From assembly GCA_035706345.1 (NCBI GenBank), contig DASSVE010000163.1, forward strand, positions 12,095 to 76,094: a DNA stretch of 64,000 nucleotides, read 5' to 3'. The position numbers were made by a program, and so were the translations under genes. The notes under the pieces were generated by a model. That model was not told where the DNA came from. It was given only the letters and a program-made list of their open reading frames with translations, and did not search any database. The DNA is from Acidimicrobiia bacterium. Lineage in GTDB: Bacteria; Actinomycetota; Acidimicrobiia; Spongiisociales; ZC4RG35. This document shows positions 11,032 to 21,839 of this stretch, piece by piece. Within the stretch, counting starts at the first letter, position 1. Each line of letters opens with the position of its first letter.

Positions 11032-12258
11032 CTAGAAGTCGGGCTCCGATTTGGCCCCGGCCACCTCGGCGACGCGGGCCCGTCGCTCCTCGGCGCGGTT
11101 GGCGTCTCCGCGGATCTCGATGAGCTGCAGCCGCTCTGCCGCCGCGATCTCCTCGGCATTGGCCTCGGCGTGGGCCAGACGGGCCTCCAGGCCCTCTTCG
11201 ACCAGACGCTTGGCCTCGTCGAGCAGGGCGTCGACCATCTCCTCCTCAGGGACGACCCGCACCACCTGGCCCTTGATGAACAGATGGCCCCGGCCCCGGC
11301 CGGCGGCGATCCCGATGTCGGCTTCCCGGGCCTCTCCGGGACCGTTGACCACGCATCCCATCACGGCCACCTGGATCGGCAGATTCGCCTCCTCCAGGGC
11401 CTTCTGGGCGCGGGTGGCCACGTCGATCACGTCCACCTCGGCCCGGCCGCAGGAGGGGCAGGCGATGAGGTCGAGACCCTTGCGCTCACGCAGACCCAGG
11501 AACTCGAGGAGCTGACGACCGGCCTTGGCCTCCTCGACCGGATCGGCTGTGAGCGAGAACCTGATGGTGTCCCCGATCCCCTCGTTGAGCAGGGTCCCGA
11601 TGCCGGCCACCGACTTGATCAGACCGGCCGGCGGCGGGCCGGCCTCGGTGACACCGAGATGGAGCGGGTAGTCGACGGTGTCGGCGAGGAGACGGTACGA
11701 CTCGACCATGAGCCGGACGTTGGAGTGCTTCACCGAGATCTTGATGTCGGTGAAGTCCACCTCCTCGAGATACCTCGCCTCGATCAGGGCCGACTCGACC
11801 AGGGCCTCGGGCACCGGCGACCCGTACTTGTCGAGGAGGTCCTTGTCGAGGGATCCGGCGTTGACCCCGATCCTGATCGGCAGACCCCGGTCACGGGCCT
11901 CCCGGGCCACCGTCTTGATCTGGTCCTCCTTGCGGATGTTGCCCGGGTTGAGCCGCAGACCGTGGACCCCTGCCTCGATGGCGGCGAGGGCCAGCCGGTA
12001 CTGGTAATGGATGTCGGCGATGATGGGGACCGGGCTGCGGGGGACGATCTCGGCGAGACCCTGCGCTGCCTCCACCTCGTTGCAGGTGATGCGGACGATG
12101 TCGGCCCCGGCGCCCGCCAGCGCGTACACCTGGGCCAGGGTGCCGTCGACGTCGGCAGTCTTGGTGGTGGTCATCGACTGCACGGTCACGGGCGCACCCC
12201 CGCCGACGGGCACGGTTCCGACGTTGAGTTGGCGGGTGGGCCGTCTCTCGATGCTCAC
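11032..12258 (-). CDS. ispG: 4-hydroxy-3-methylbut-2-enyl diphosphate synthase (IspG/GcpE), with a roughly 55-aa C-terminal extension
   Basis: TIM-barrel N-domain (VQSMTTTKTADV...IVRITCNEVEAA) and 4Fe-4S C-domain (CPSCGRAEVDV). Confidence 0.93.
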   Translation of the reverse strand: MSIERRPTRQLNVGTVPVGGGAPVTVQSMTTTKTADVDGTLAQVYALAGAGADIVRITCNEVEAAQGLAEIVPRSPVPIIADIHYQYRLALAAIEAGVHGLRLNPGNIRKEDQIKTVAREARDRGLPIRIGVNAGSLDKDLLDKYGSPVPEALVESALIEARYLEEVDFTDIKISVKHSNVRLMVESYRLLADTVDYPLHLGVTEAGPPPAGLIKSVAGIGTLLNEGIGDTIRFSLTADPVEEAKAGRQLLEFLGLRERKGLDLIACPSCGRAEVDVIDVATRAQKALEEANLPIQVAVMGCVVNGPGEAREADIGIAAGRGRGHLFIKGQVVRVVPEEEMVDALLDEAKRLVEEGLEARLAHAEANAEEIAAAERLQLIEIRGDANRAEERRARVAEVAGAKSEPDF

Positions 12259-12283
12259 TTGTCCAACGGTAGGGGCTGGAGGG

Positions 12284-13366
12284 CTATCCGAAACGGATCG
12301 GATTGGTGATGTCGAGGATTATCGCCACGAAACCCAGGAAGAACAACGTCCCCATCACGGCTGCGGCCACCGGCATCAGCTTGCGCACGTTGGCCTGGCG
12401 CCCGGTGATCTTCTCGTAGAGGGCGACCGCGAAGTGCCCGCCGTCGAGCGGGAACAGGGGCAGCAGGTTGATGGTGGCCAGGATCACGTTGATATAGGCC
12501 ATGATGCTGAGGAACCCGGCCACGCTCCCGGCTTGGTTGCCTATGGAGACGATCCCGATGGGGCTCACCGGCCTGATCTCGTCGGGGACGTCGGTGTCGC
12601 CGCCGAACACGGCGAAGTAGTGCGCCAGGCTCGAGGGTCGGAACATCTGGTACAGCGAGTAGAAGGTGTCCTGGATGCCCTGCCACACCGCCTCGCCTGC
12701 CATCCCGATGGCCTCGAAGAAGCCCACCGGAACGTTCTGCACGACCGGCACGAACCCGATGTAGCCGGAGCCGGGGACGGTCTCGCTCTCGGTGAGGGTC
12801 ACTTCGAGGGTCACCGTCTCCCCGTCCCGCTCGACGACGACGGTGGTCGGGCCGGGGCCCACCTCTGCCAGGGCATTGGTGGCGTCCTCCCAGGTGACCA
12901 CCTCGTGCTCGCCGATGGTGACGATGGTGTCCCCGGGCTGCAGACCGGCCTCGGCGCCCGGCGAGTCCTCGGCCAGCCTGTCGACCGTGGGAAGGAGCTC
13001 GTTGACACCCGTGGACATGAACACACCGCAGAACAGGATGAAGGCGATGAGGAAGTTGGTCCCGACTCCCGCCAGCACCACCACCGACTTCTCCCAGAAC
13101 TTCTTCTCGCGGTAGGTGCGCCCCAGATCCTCCGGGGCCACCTCCTCGAGCGGGTTCATCCCGATGATGCGGACGTACCCCCCGAGCGGGAACAGCTTGA
13201 CCCCGTACTCGGTCTCGCCGCGACGTGTCGACCAGATGCGCGGGCCGAACCCGAAGAAGAACTCGGTGGCCTTCATCCCGGTCGCCTTTGCCGCGAGGAA
13301 ATGCCCTGCCTCGTGTGCGGTGACGAAGAGCAGGATGGCAACGGCGGCGGCGATACCCCCGATCAT
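12284..13366 (-). CDS. rseP: Site-2 protease family zinc metalloprotease (RseP/Rip1-like) with a PDZ domain
   Basis: HEAGHFLAAK HExxH motif in a TM helix. PDZ segment. LDGG motif (LPLFPLDGGH). Confidence 0.88.
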   Translation of the reverse strand: MIGGIAAAVAILLFVTAHEAGHFLAAKATGMKATEFFFGFGPRIWSTRRGETEYGVKLFPLGGYVRIIGMNPLEEVAPEDLGRTYREKKFWEKSVVVLAGVGTNFLIAFILFCGVFMSTGVNELLPTVDRLAEDSPGAEAGLQPGDTIVTIGEHEVVTWEDATNALAEVGPGPTTVVVERDGETVTLEVTLTESETVPGSGYIGFVPVVQNVPVGFFEAIGMAGEAVWQGIQDTFYSLYQMFRPSSLAHYFAVFGGDTDVPDEIRPVSPIGIVSIGNQAGSVAGFLSIMAYINVILATINLLPLFPLDGGHFAVALYEKITGRQANVRKLMPVAAAVMGTLFFLGFVAIILDITNPIRFG

Positions 13367-13395
13367 CCGCAGAGGTTACCGGGCGACCGGTCCTA

Positions 13396-14541
13396 TCAAC
13401 AGACCCCCGCGATCAGGCTGGAGGCCACCGCCCGGGCCTCGGCGTCGACCGCGAGGACGTCCTCGATCGTCTTCAGCTCACGCCATTCGACCTCTTCGAT
13501 CGTCCTCGCCACCACGTCGGTTATGCCCAGGAACCCCAGCCGGCCCTGGAGGAACGCCCCCACCGCCATCTCGTCGGCGGCGTTCATGACCGCCGGCGCC
13601 GAACCCCCGGCCCGCCCGGCGGCATAGGCGATGTCGATGGCCGGGAACAGGGCGCGGTCCGGCTCCTCGAATCTGAGGTCCAGACCGGCGAGATCGAACC
13701 TGTCACCGGGGGCGGGCCCTCTCTCGGGAGCGGTGAGCGCGTACTGAATGGGAATCCGCATGTCGGGATGGCCGAACTGCCCTTTCCAGGACCCGTCGAC
13801 GAACTCCACGGCCGAGTGCAGGATCGACTGGGGATGTACCACCACCTCGATGTGGTCGTAGCCGACACCGAACAGGTAGTGGGCCTCGACGATCTCCAGC
13901 CCCTTGTTGAACATGGTGGCCGAGTCGATGGTGATCCGCTTCCCCATGTCCCAGTTCGGGTGTCGCAGCGCCTCGTCGGGGGTCACCGCGGCCAGGGACT
14001 CCCGGTCCCGGCCCCGGAAAGGGCCCCCGGAGGCAGTCAGGATCAACCGCGAGATCGACGCCGGGGACTCTCCGACCAGGCACTGGTAGAGCGCCGAGTG
14101 CTCCGAGTCCACCGGGATCAGCTCCCCGCCATGGGACTCCAACGCCGCGATGACCACCGGGCCACCGGCCACCAGGCTCTCCTTGTTGGCCAGCGCCACC
14201 CGGTTGCCTGCTTCGAGACCGGCGATCGTGGCCCGGAGACCGGCGGCGCCCACGATCCCGTTGACCACGATGCGGTCACTGGTCGCGGCCACCTCGATGA
14301 CCGCCTCCGACCCGTACCGGGCGGGACGGCGGAGTTGCCGCTCGAACTCGGCCCGTTCCTCGGAACTGCCCCCGGCCACCACGATCTCGGCGTCGGGATG
14401 CATCCGGCCCAATTCGGCTAGAGCCGGAGAAGGGCGATTGGCGGCGAGGGCGCTCACCTCGAGCCCGAGACCGGCGGCGACCTCGAGGGTCTGGGTGCCG
14501 ATCGATCCGGTCGCCCCGAGGACGACCAAGGGAGCGGTCAC
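13396..14541 (-). CDS. dxr: 1-deoxy-D-xylulose 5-phosphate reductoisomerase (381 aa; GTG start overlapping the cdsA stop as GTGA)
   Basis: VTAPLVVLGATGSIGTQTLEV NADPH-binding N-terminus and later Dxr motifs (NKESLV, PVDSEHSA). The ORF-track entry 13396..14760 is over-extended. Confidence 0.92.
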   Translation of the reverse strand: MTAPLVVLGATGSIGTQTLEVAAGLGLEVSALAANRPSPALAELGRMHPDAEIVVAGGSSEERAEFERQLRRPARYGSEAVIEVAATSDRIVVNGIVGAAGLRATIAGLEAGNRVALANKESLVAGGPVVIAALESHGGELIPVDSEHSALYQCLVGESPASISRLILTASGGPFRGRDRESLAAVTPDEALRHPNWDMGKRITIDSATMFNKGLEIVEAHYLFGVGYDHIEVVVHPQSILHSAVEFVDGSWKGQFGHPDMRIPIQYALTAPERGPAPGDRFDLAGLDLRFEEPDRALFPAIDIAYAAGRAGGSAPAVMNAADEMAVGAFLQGRLGFLGITDVVARTIEEVEWRELKTIEDVLAVDAEARAVASSLIAGVC

Positions 14542-15716
14542 AGAAGCCCGAAACCCCGGAACAGGATGTAGAGGGCCGGTGCCGCGAACAGGAAGCCGTC
14601 GATGCGGTCCAGCATGCCTCCATGACCGGGGAGGACCGATCCCATGTCCTTGACGTTGAGGGAGCGCTTCACCATCGACTCGGCGAGATCCCCGATCGGG
14701 GTGAGGATGCCGACCAGACCCGCGGCCACCAGGGCCTCGGTGATCTCGATGCCGGCCCATGGCGGGAACACGACCAGGATGGCGGCCACGATCAGACCGA
14801 GGAGGAACCCGCCGATGAGGCCTTCCACCGTCTTCGACCCCGACAGCACAGGCGCCAGGGGCCGCCGCCCGAAGGAGCGCCCGACGAAGTACGCCCCGAT
14901 GTCGTTGCTGGCCACCAGGATCACCAGGAAGAAGATGTGGGACACCGGGTGGGGGCCGCCCGCGATGAGGACGGCGAAGGCGAGCATCCCGACCCAGCTC
15001 AGACCGAGGATCGTCACCGAGGTGTTGGCCAGGGCGTAGGGCCGGGCAGCCAGGGAGAAGAAGAGGATGGTGACCGCGGCCATGGCGATGGCCCAGCCTG
15101 CGATGGCCATCGGCCCGGCGTTGTGGGCGCCGACGCCCATCAGGATGGCCCCGAGCAGGCCGAACAGGGCCAGCGGCCGGTAACCCCGGGTTCGCAGGGT
15201 GGCGTACAGCTCACCAACCGACACCACCATCACCAGGATGACGAACAGTGTGAACCACCAGCCGCCCAGCAGGAGACTCCCCAGGAACAGGCCGAACACG
15301 GCAAGTGCGGAGCCGATCCGCATGGTGAGGTCGGAGCTCGCCGCCTGCTCGACCGCCTCGTAGGACTCCTCGGACTCGGACACCGTTCCGGCGACGTCGT
15401 CGAAGCCGACCAGGCCGGTCTCGACGCCGGGGATGCTGGCGGCCACCGCCTGCAGCTCCCACTCCTCGGCAGAGGCCTTCTCGACCTCCTCGGCCAGACC
15501 CTGATACTCCTGAGTGGTCCCCTTCACGTACTCGGAGGTGAACTCCTCGATCTCGGAGGGGTCGGCCGCCATGGCCGACCAGTCAGGCCCGCCGTCGTCG
15601 ACTTCTACCGGCTCCTGTTCCTCATCCGACTCGTCGTCTGAGAAAGGCAGTTCCTCCTCGGCAGGAGCCTCGTTGGTCTCCTCCCCGGGGTCGGCGGGTT
15701 GGTCTCTATCGGTCAC
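14538..15716 (-). CDS. cdsA: Phosphatidate cytidylyltransferase, with an unusual highly acidic N-terminal extension of about 130 aa
   Basis: The C-terminal 260 aa is a canonical CdsA (multi-TM; SGSKTVEG...GHGGMLDRIDG). The N-terminal 130 aa is Asp/Glu-rich and GC3-rich, hence coding, and is in frame with no stop. Confidence 0.85.
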   Translation of the reverse strand: MTDRDQPADPGEETNEAPAEEELPFSDDESDEEQEPVEVDDGGPDWSAMAADPSEIEEFTSEYVKGTTQEYQGLAEEVEKASAEEWELQAVAASIPGVETGLVGFDDVAGTVSESEESYEAVEQAASSDLTMRIGSALAVFGLFLGSLLLGGWWFTLFVILVMVVSVGELYATLRTRGYRPLALFGLLGAILMGVGAHNAGPMAIAGWAIAMAAVTILFFSLAARPYALANTSVTILGLSWVGMLAFAVLIAGGPHPVSHIFFLVILVASNDIGAYFVGRSFGRRPLAPVLSGSKTVEGLIGGFLLGLIVAAILVVFPPWAGIEITEALVAAGLVGILTPIGDLAESMVKRSLNVKDMGSVLPGHGGMLDRIDGFLFAAPALYILFRGFGLL

Positions 15717-16268
15717 TCAAACCTCGAGGAGCTCTTCTTCTTTGTTGGCGAGCAGCTTGTCGATCCGCTCGGTGTAGCGATCGGTAAGCTTCTGCAGCTC
15801 CTCCTCACCACGTCGGATGTCGTCGTCGGAGATCTCCCCGTGCAAGTGCTCCATGTCCGCCTTGGCGGCGCGGCGGACGTTGCGCACCGAGACCCGCCCC
15901 TCCTCGGCCATGTGCCTGACCAGCTTGATCAGGTCCTTGCGGCGCTCCTCGGTGAGCGGGGGGAAGGCGATCCGGATCACCGAGCCGTCGTTGGTCGGGT
16001 TGAGACCGAGGTCGGCCTGCTGGATGGCCTTCTCGATGTCGTTGATCACGCTCTTGTCGTAGGGCTGGACCACGAGGAGGCGGGGCTCGGGCACCGAGAT
16101 CGAGGCCAGTTGCTGCAATGGGGTCGGCGATCCGTAATACGGGACGGTGATGCGATGGAGGAGCTGGGGGTTGGCCCGGCCCGTGCGCACGGTGCCGAAC
16201 TCGGAGGCGACGTGGTCCACTGCCATCTCCATCTTCTGTTCGGCTTCCGTCAAGAGATCACGGATCAT
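15717..16268 (-). CDS. frr: Ribosome recycling factor
   Basis: 183 aa RRF (MIRDLLTEAEQKMEMAVDHVASEFGTVRTGRANP...). Confidence 0.95.
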   Translation of the reverse strand: MIRDLLTEAEQKMEMAVDHVASEFGTVRTGRANPQLLHRITVPYYGSPTPLQQLASISVPEPRLLVVQPYDKSVINDIEKAIQQADLGLNPTNDGSVIRIAFPPLTEERRKDLIKLVRHMAEEGRVSVRNVRRAAKADMEHLHGEISDDDIRRGEEELQKLTDRYTERIDKLLANKEEELLEV

Positions 16269-16278
16269 CGAGGCCTCC

Positions 16279-16995
<717 letters not shown>

Positions 16996-17004
16996 GTGGT
17001 CTCC

Positions 17005-17616
17005 CTAACCGCCGACGGCGAGCCGCGCCATCCTCCGCACCGAGATGTTCTCACCCATCTTGGTGGCGAGTGCGCTGACCATATCGCCAACCGTGCCGTC
17101 GAAGCGCTCCGGGTTGACGAATTTCTGGTCGTACAAGACGTTCTCGGCGTACCAGGTCTCCAGCTTGCCTTCGACGATCCGGTCGATGACCTCGGCGGGC
17201 TTTCCCTCGGCCTCCGCCTGTTTGGCGATTATCCGCTTCTCCTCCTCCACGGCATCGGGATCCACCTGGTCGCGGGTGATCCACGTCGGGTTGGCCCAGC
17301 TGATGTGGAGGGCGATGTCGTTGGCGGTCCGCACGAACTCCTCGCTCTTGGCGACGAAGTCCGTTTCACAGGCCAGTTCGACGAGCACGCCCAGCACGGG
17401 CCGCTCGTTCTGGATGTGGATGTAGCTCCCGATGACGCCCTCATTGGCCTCGCGGTCGGCCCGCTTCGCCATCTTGGCCAGACCCCGCTCCCTCAGCAGC
17501 TCGAAGGCCTTGTCCATGTCGCCGCCGGCGTCGGTGAGCGCCTTCTTGGCGTCCATCATCCCCACCCCGGCAGCGACCCGGAGCTTCTGGATGTCCTGGG
17601 CCGTGATCTCACTCAT
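17005..17616 (-). CDS. tsf: Elongation factor Ts (203 aa; ATG at 17616, overlapping the rpsB stop by 8 nt)
   Basis: [48 protein letters not shown]-like N-domain. The ORF-track start at 17679 is over-extended. Confidence 0.93.
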   Translation of the reverse strand: MSEITAQDIQKLRVAAGVGMMDAKKALTDAGGDMDKAFELLRERGLAKMAKRADREANEGVIGSYIHIQNERPVLGVLVELACETDFVAKSEEFVRTANDIALHISWANPTWITRDQVDPDAVEEEKRIIAKQAEAEGKPAEVIDRIVEGKLETWYAENVLYDQKFVNPERFDGTVGDMVSALATKMGENISVRRMARLAVGG

Positions 17617-18412
17617 CGTCGGCTCTCTCCCCGACGCCTTCGTCGTCGGCGCCGACTGCCACCGGGACTGGCTCCCCATCGGCCGTTGCCGGCTCGGTCT
17701 CCTCGGCGGGCTGGGGGCGCTTCTTGGCCGCGATCTCCTTGCCCTCGATGATGGCGTCGGCGAGGGCGCCGGCGATCAGATCGGCGGCGCGGATGGCGTC
17801 GTCGTTGCCGGGGATCACGAAGTCGACCGGATCGGGGTCGGAGTTGGTGTCGACCAGGGCGATCACGGGGATGCCGAGACGGTCGGCCTCCTTGACCGCG
17901 GTCTCCTCGGTGTTGACGTCGATCACGAACACCGCGTCGGGGAGCCGGGTCATCGTGGAGACTCCCCCGAGGTTCTTCTCCAGCTTCTCCAGCTCACGAC
18001 GCAGCTTGAGCCGCTCCTTCTTGGGGCGATCGTTCATCTCGCCCGTCTGCTCGAGCCGCTGCAGCTCTTTCATGTAGTAGACCCGCTTCTGGATGGTCGA
18101 GAAGTTGGTGAGCATCCCGCCCAGCCAGCGGTAGTTGACATAGGGCATGCCGGCGCGCCGAGCGGCCTCGGCGACCGCGGCCTGGGCCTGCTTCTTGGTG
18201 CCGACGAACAGCACCGTGCCCCCATCGATGGCGATCTGCTTGACGAAATCCATCGCCTCGGCGACCTGGCTGACGGTCTGCCGCAGGTCGATGATGTGGA
18301 TCCCGTTTCTCTCCCCGTAGATGTACGGGCGCATCTTGGGGTTCCAGCGACGGGTCTGATGACCGAAATGGACGCCGGCCTCCAAGAGCTGCTTCATGGT
18401 GACTTCAGCCAC
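17609..18412 (-). CDS. rpsB: 30S ribosomal protein S2, with an acidic C-terminal tail
   Basis: [44 protein letters not shown]2 N-terminus. Confidence 0.95.
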   Translation of the reverse strand: MAEVTMKQLLEAGVHFGHQTRRWNPKMRPYIYGERNGIHIIDLRQTVSQVAEAMDFVKQIAIDGGTVLFVGTKKQAQAAVAEAARRAGMPYVNYRWLGGMLTNFSTIQKRVYYMKELQRLEQTGEMNDRPKKERLKLRRELEKLEKNLGGVSTMTRLPDAVFVIDVNTEETAVKEADRLGIPVIALVDTNSDPDPVDFVIPGNDDAIRAADLIAGALADAIIEGKEIAAKKRPQPAEETEPATADGEPVPVAVGADDEGVGERADDE

Positions 18413-18495
18413 AACTCTTTCCTTTCTGGTTGTACCTCCGCCCGCTGGGCCAGGCCCCCGCTTCCGATGGATGCGGCCCTCTACGAATCCCGCGT

Positions 18496-19674
18496 ATGTG
18501 GAATCCGACCAGTGAGGGGTTGGCAGGCGTGCGTGATGGGCTGGATTCTACGGAGCCCCCTTACGCTTGGGTAATCGAGAGCCTGACGACGTCCGCCCTG
18601 GAGACGGTCGTCTCCGAACTGGGGGCGGCCGCTTTCGGCGTGACCACCGCCGGCCCCTTCGACCGCTCTCGCAAGACCATCGAGGAGCACCTCGCCTCGG
18701 GGATGTCGGGCCCGCTGCACTTCACCTACGAAGAGCCCGAGCGGTCCACCGACGTGACCAAGACCTTTCCGTGGGCGCGCAGCATCGTGGTCTTCGCCCA
18801 CGACTACCTGGGCACCGCCAGCACCCCCGCCTCCAGCGGCCCCGTGGTGGGGAGGTTCGCCACCAGGAACCACTACGGCGAGGTGCGGAGGATCGCCGAG
18901 GGCATCCGATCGGTCCTGACCGATGCCGGCGCCCGAGCCGAGGTGTCCGTGGACGAGAACCATCTCGTGGACCGCTCGGCGGCGGCGCGTGCCGGTGTCG
19001 GATGGCTGGGGAAGTCGACCATGCTCCTCGCCCCCGGTCACGGGCCCTGGCTGTTGCTGGGCTCGGTGATCACCGACGCGGATCTCGAGCCGACCCCTCC
19101 GATGCGTCGGACCTGCGGCATTTGTGTCGCCTGTATCCCGGCCTGTCCCACCGGCGCCATCACTCCGTCAGGTCTCGACGCCCGGCGTTGCATCTCGACC
19201 TGGCTCCAGTCCCCGGGCCCGATCCCGTTCTGGATACGCCCCCTGGTCGAGCGACGCATCTACGGGTGTGACGACTGTCTCACCTCGTGCCCGCCCGGGA
19301 GCCCGGCTCTGAACACGAACCCGGGCCGGGAGGATCCGATGTCCTTCGCCGAATTGCTCGGTCTGGGCGACGACGACCTGCTCGACCGGTTCGCCTGGTT
19401 CTACGTACCGCACCGGGACCCCCGTTTCATCCGACGCAACCTCTTGGTGGCCGCAGGCAACTCGGAGGAGGCGGAGGCGGTGGGGCCGATCCTCGACCAT
19501 TTCACCCATCGCTCGTCTCTGGTCCGGGGCCATGCCTATTGGGCCCTGGCCCGATCCCTGGGCGATCAGGCGTGGACCATCCTGCGCCGACGTCACGCCT
19601 ACGAGACCGTTCCCGATGCCATGGTCGAGCTGGAGCTGGCGCTGCTCATGGTGAGGGATCCCGTTGGCGTCTAA
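18496..19674 (+). CDS. queG: Epoxyqueuosine reductase QueG (start uncertain; ORF open from 18430)
   Basis: 4Fe-4S ferredoxin motif [14 protein letters not shown], cobalamin/HEAT-like C-terminal region, conserved [13 protein letters not shown]. Confidence 0.8.
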   Translation: MWNPTSEGLAGVRDGLDSTEPPYAWVIESLTTSALETVVSELGAAAFGVTTAGPFDRSRKTIEEHLASGMSGPLHFTYEEPERSTDVTKTFPWARSIVVFAHDYLGTASTPASSGPVVGRFATRNHYGEVRRIAEGIRSVLTDAGARAEVSVDENHLVDRSAAARAGVGWLGKSTMLLAPGHGPWLLLGSVITDADLEPTPPMRRTCGICVACIPACPTGAITPSGLDARRCISTWLQSPGPIPFWIRPLVERRIYGCDDCLTSCPPGSPALNTNPGREDPMSFAELLGLGDDDLLDRFAWFYVPHRDPRFIRRNLLVAAGNSEEAEAVGPILDHFTHRSSLVRGHAYWALARSLGDQAWTILRRRHAYETVPDAMVELELALLMVRDPVGV

Positions 19675-20149
19675 ACGTGCGCCGGTCACGCCGGCGCTGC
19701 GGGTGCTCCGGGAGGCCGGTGTCTCGTTCACCGAGCATCTCTTCGACTATCACCGGCACCCGGGCGCCGAGGAGGCGGCGGAAGCCATCCGTGTCGACCC
19801 GTTCGCCACCGCCAAGACCATCGTCTTCACCACCGACACCGGCGCCGGCGTGGTGGCCCTGATGCACGGGAACCTGGAGGTGTCGACCAAGAAGCTGGCC
19901 CGGGAGATGGGGGTGCGGTCGGTCCGGCCGGCCACCCAGCGTGAGGCGGACAGGTTCACCGGCTACCAGTTCGGCGGCACCTCGCCGCTCGGGATGCGAT
20001 CGGATCTGCCCGTGTTCGCCCAGCGGACGCTGGCCGATCTCGAGACCGTCTACGTCAACGGCGGCAGCCGGGGCTTTCTGATCGGGATCGACCCGGCGAC
20101 CTTGTTCGACCTCACCGGGGCCGTGCTCGCCGACGTGGCGGTGGAGTAG
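19664..20149 (+). CDS. ybaK: Cys-tRNA(Pro)/Cys-tRNA(Cys) deacylase (YbaK/EbsC family)
   Basis: 161 aa, YbaK-like (TAKTIVF...YVNGGSRGFLIGIDP). The start overlaps the queG stop. Confidence 0.8.
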   Translation: MASKRAPVTPALRVLREAGVSFTEHLFDYHRHPGAEEAAEAIRVDPFATAKTIVFTTDTGAGVVALMHGNLEVSTKKLAREMGVRSVRPATQREADRFTGYQFGGTSPLGMRSDLPVFAQRTLADLETVYVNGGSRGFLIGIDPATLFDLTGAVLADVAVE

Positions 20150-20152
20150 CGC

Positions 20153-20932
20153 TCAGCCCCAGGCGGGGTCGCCGAGACGGTTTCGCAGCGACATCATCGT
20201 CTTGGCGTGGATCTGGCAGACCCGTGACTCGGTCACCCCGAGGACGTCGCCGATCTCCGCCAGGGTCATCCCCTCGTAGTAGTAGAGGGTGACCACGAGT
20301 CGTTCCCGGCTGGGAAGACGGTTGATGGCGTCGAAGAGAGAGCGCCGGGTCTCCTCGGCCTGGAACTCGGTCTCCGGCGAGACGCCTCTGGGATCGGCGA
20401 TCATCTCCCCCATCGAGGTCGATGAGTCGCCGGAGACGAACTCGTCGAGGGCGGCGATTCCGGAACGCCCGATCTGGGCCAGTGCGTCGCGGAACTCCTC
20501 GATGTCCATCTCCAGGTCGTGGGCGATCTCCTCCTCGGTGGGAGGGCGCTGCAGCTTGTGCTCCAGCTCGGCGATCGAGGCCTCGATGCGACGGGCCCTG
20601 GAGCGGACCGAGCGGGGCACCCAGTCGAGGGCGCGCAACTCGTCGAGGATGGCGCCCTTGATCCGGTTGATGGCATAGGTCTCGAACTTGAACCCGCGAT
20701 CGAGGTCGAACTTGTCGATGGCGTCGATCAGCCCGAACAGCCCATAGCTGGCCAGGTCGTTCTGGTCCACGGAGCGGGGCAGACCGGTGCCCACCCTGCC
20801 GGCCACGTACTTCACGAGAGGGGAATAGTGGAGGATTAGACGCTCCCGGGCGTCTTCGTCACCATTGGCCTTGAAACGTTCCCAAAGCCCGTCGACCTGA
20901 GATTCCTCAGGCCCTGGGGTGGCTTTGGTCAT
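20153..20932 (-). CDS. whiG: RNA polymerase sigma factor, FliA/WhiG (sigma-28) family
   Basis: Region 2 (LILHYSPLVKYVAGR) and region 4 (LTLAEIGDVLGVTESRVCQIHAKTM), typical of the FliA/WhiG subfamily. No flagellar genes in the window. Confidence 0.85.
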   Translation of the reverse strand: MTKATPGPEESQVDGLWERFKANGDEDARERLILHYSPLVKYVAGRVGTGLPRSVDQNDLASYGLFGLIDAIDKFDLDRGFKFETYAINRIKGAILDELRALDWVPRSVRSRARRIEASIAELEHKLQRPPTEEEIAHDLEMDIEEFRDALAQIGRSGIAALDEFVSGDSSTSMGEMIADPRGVSPETEFQAEETRRSLFDAINRLPSRERLVVTLYYYEGMTLAEIGDVLGVTESRVCQIHAKTMMSLRNRLGDPAWG

Positions 20933-21797
20933 AGATCCCTCTCAAGTGCTTTCGGGTCACGGCAGTGTAGATCTGAGTGGTCGCCAGATCGGTATGTCCC
21001 AGCAGGTCCTGCACCGTGCGCAGATCGGCCCCTCCTTCGAGGAGATGGGTGGCGAAGCTGTGCCTGAGAGCGTGCGGGAATGTGGCCAGGTGCCGGTGCA
21101 CCACCCGCCGCAGGCTTCTCGGGCCCATGGGACCGCCCCTCGAACCAAGGAACAGGCTGTTCGTGCCCGGTCCCCGTTCGTGGAGGACCGGCCGACCCTG
21201 CGCGAGATACGCCCGGATGGCACGTTGAGCGGGTCGTCCCAGGGGAACCACCCTCATCTTGTTGCCCTTGCCCCTCACGGTGACGGTGTCCCCCTCGGTC
21301 TCCCCCACCCGCAGCGAGGCCAGCTCGGATATGCGCAATCCCGTGGCGTAGAGGGTCTCCACGATCGCCCGATCCCGCAGCCCTTCCGGTGTCGAGGTGT
21401 CGATGGTGTCGAGCGCCGCCGAAAGGCTTCGAGCCGGGAGGGCATGGGGCAGCGGCTTGTCCAGCTTGGGCGTCGCCACCCCGTCGAAGGGGTTGACCGG
21501 GGCGTGTCCCCTCAGGACGGCATCGGTGTAGAAGGTCCGGATCGAGGAGGCCTTGCGCGAGATCGTGGCCCGGGAGTAGCCCAGGGTGTCCAGAAACGCC
21601 AGGTAGCGCCGGGCGAGACGGCGGTCCACTCCGGCCACCGAGCCGACCCCGCCCCGGTCGCAGTAGTCGAAGAACTGGCAGAGATCCCGGCGGTAGGCGT
21701 CGAGCGTGTGCGCGGAGAGCCCGCGCTGATCGGCGAGACGGCTCAGATAGCCGTCGACGACAGCCCGGGACCAAACGGGTGCTGGCGGGACCTCCAC
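20907..21797 (-). CDS. xerC: Tyrosine recombinase XerC/XerD
   Basis: Catalytic R...HxxR...Y residues (ATGLRISELASL, HALRHSFATHLLEGGADLRTVQDLLGH, IYT). Conserved dprA-xerC neighbourhood. Confidence 0.9.
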   Translation of the reverse strand: MEVPPAPVWSRAVVDGYLSRLADQRGLSAHTLDAYRRDLCQFFDYCDRGGVGSVAGVDRRLARRYLAFLDTLGYSRATISRKASSIRTFYTDAVLRGHAPVNPFDGVATPKLDKPLPHALPARSLSAALDTIDTSTPEGLRDRAIVETLYATGLRISELASLRVGETEGDTVTVRGKGNKMRVVPLGRPAQRAIRAYLAQGRPVLHERGPGTNSLFLGSRGGPMGPRSLRRVVHRHLATFPHALRHSFATHLLEGGADLRTVQDLLGHTDLATTQIYTAVTRKHLRGIYDQSHPRA

Positions 21798-21839
21798 GGT
21801 CCCTGATGCTATTGCCCCGAGCCCTGGTTTCCCGGGTCT

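Noticed and set aside
9640-12309. Plus-strand ORFs of 452 and 379 aa antisense to proS and ispG
   Set aside because: Antisense to strongly supported genes, with an Asp/Gly/Leu/Pro-rich nonsense composition.
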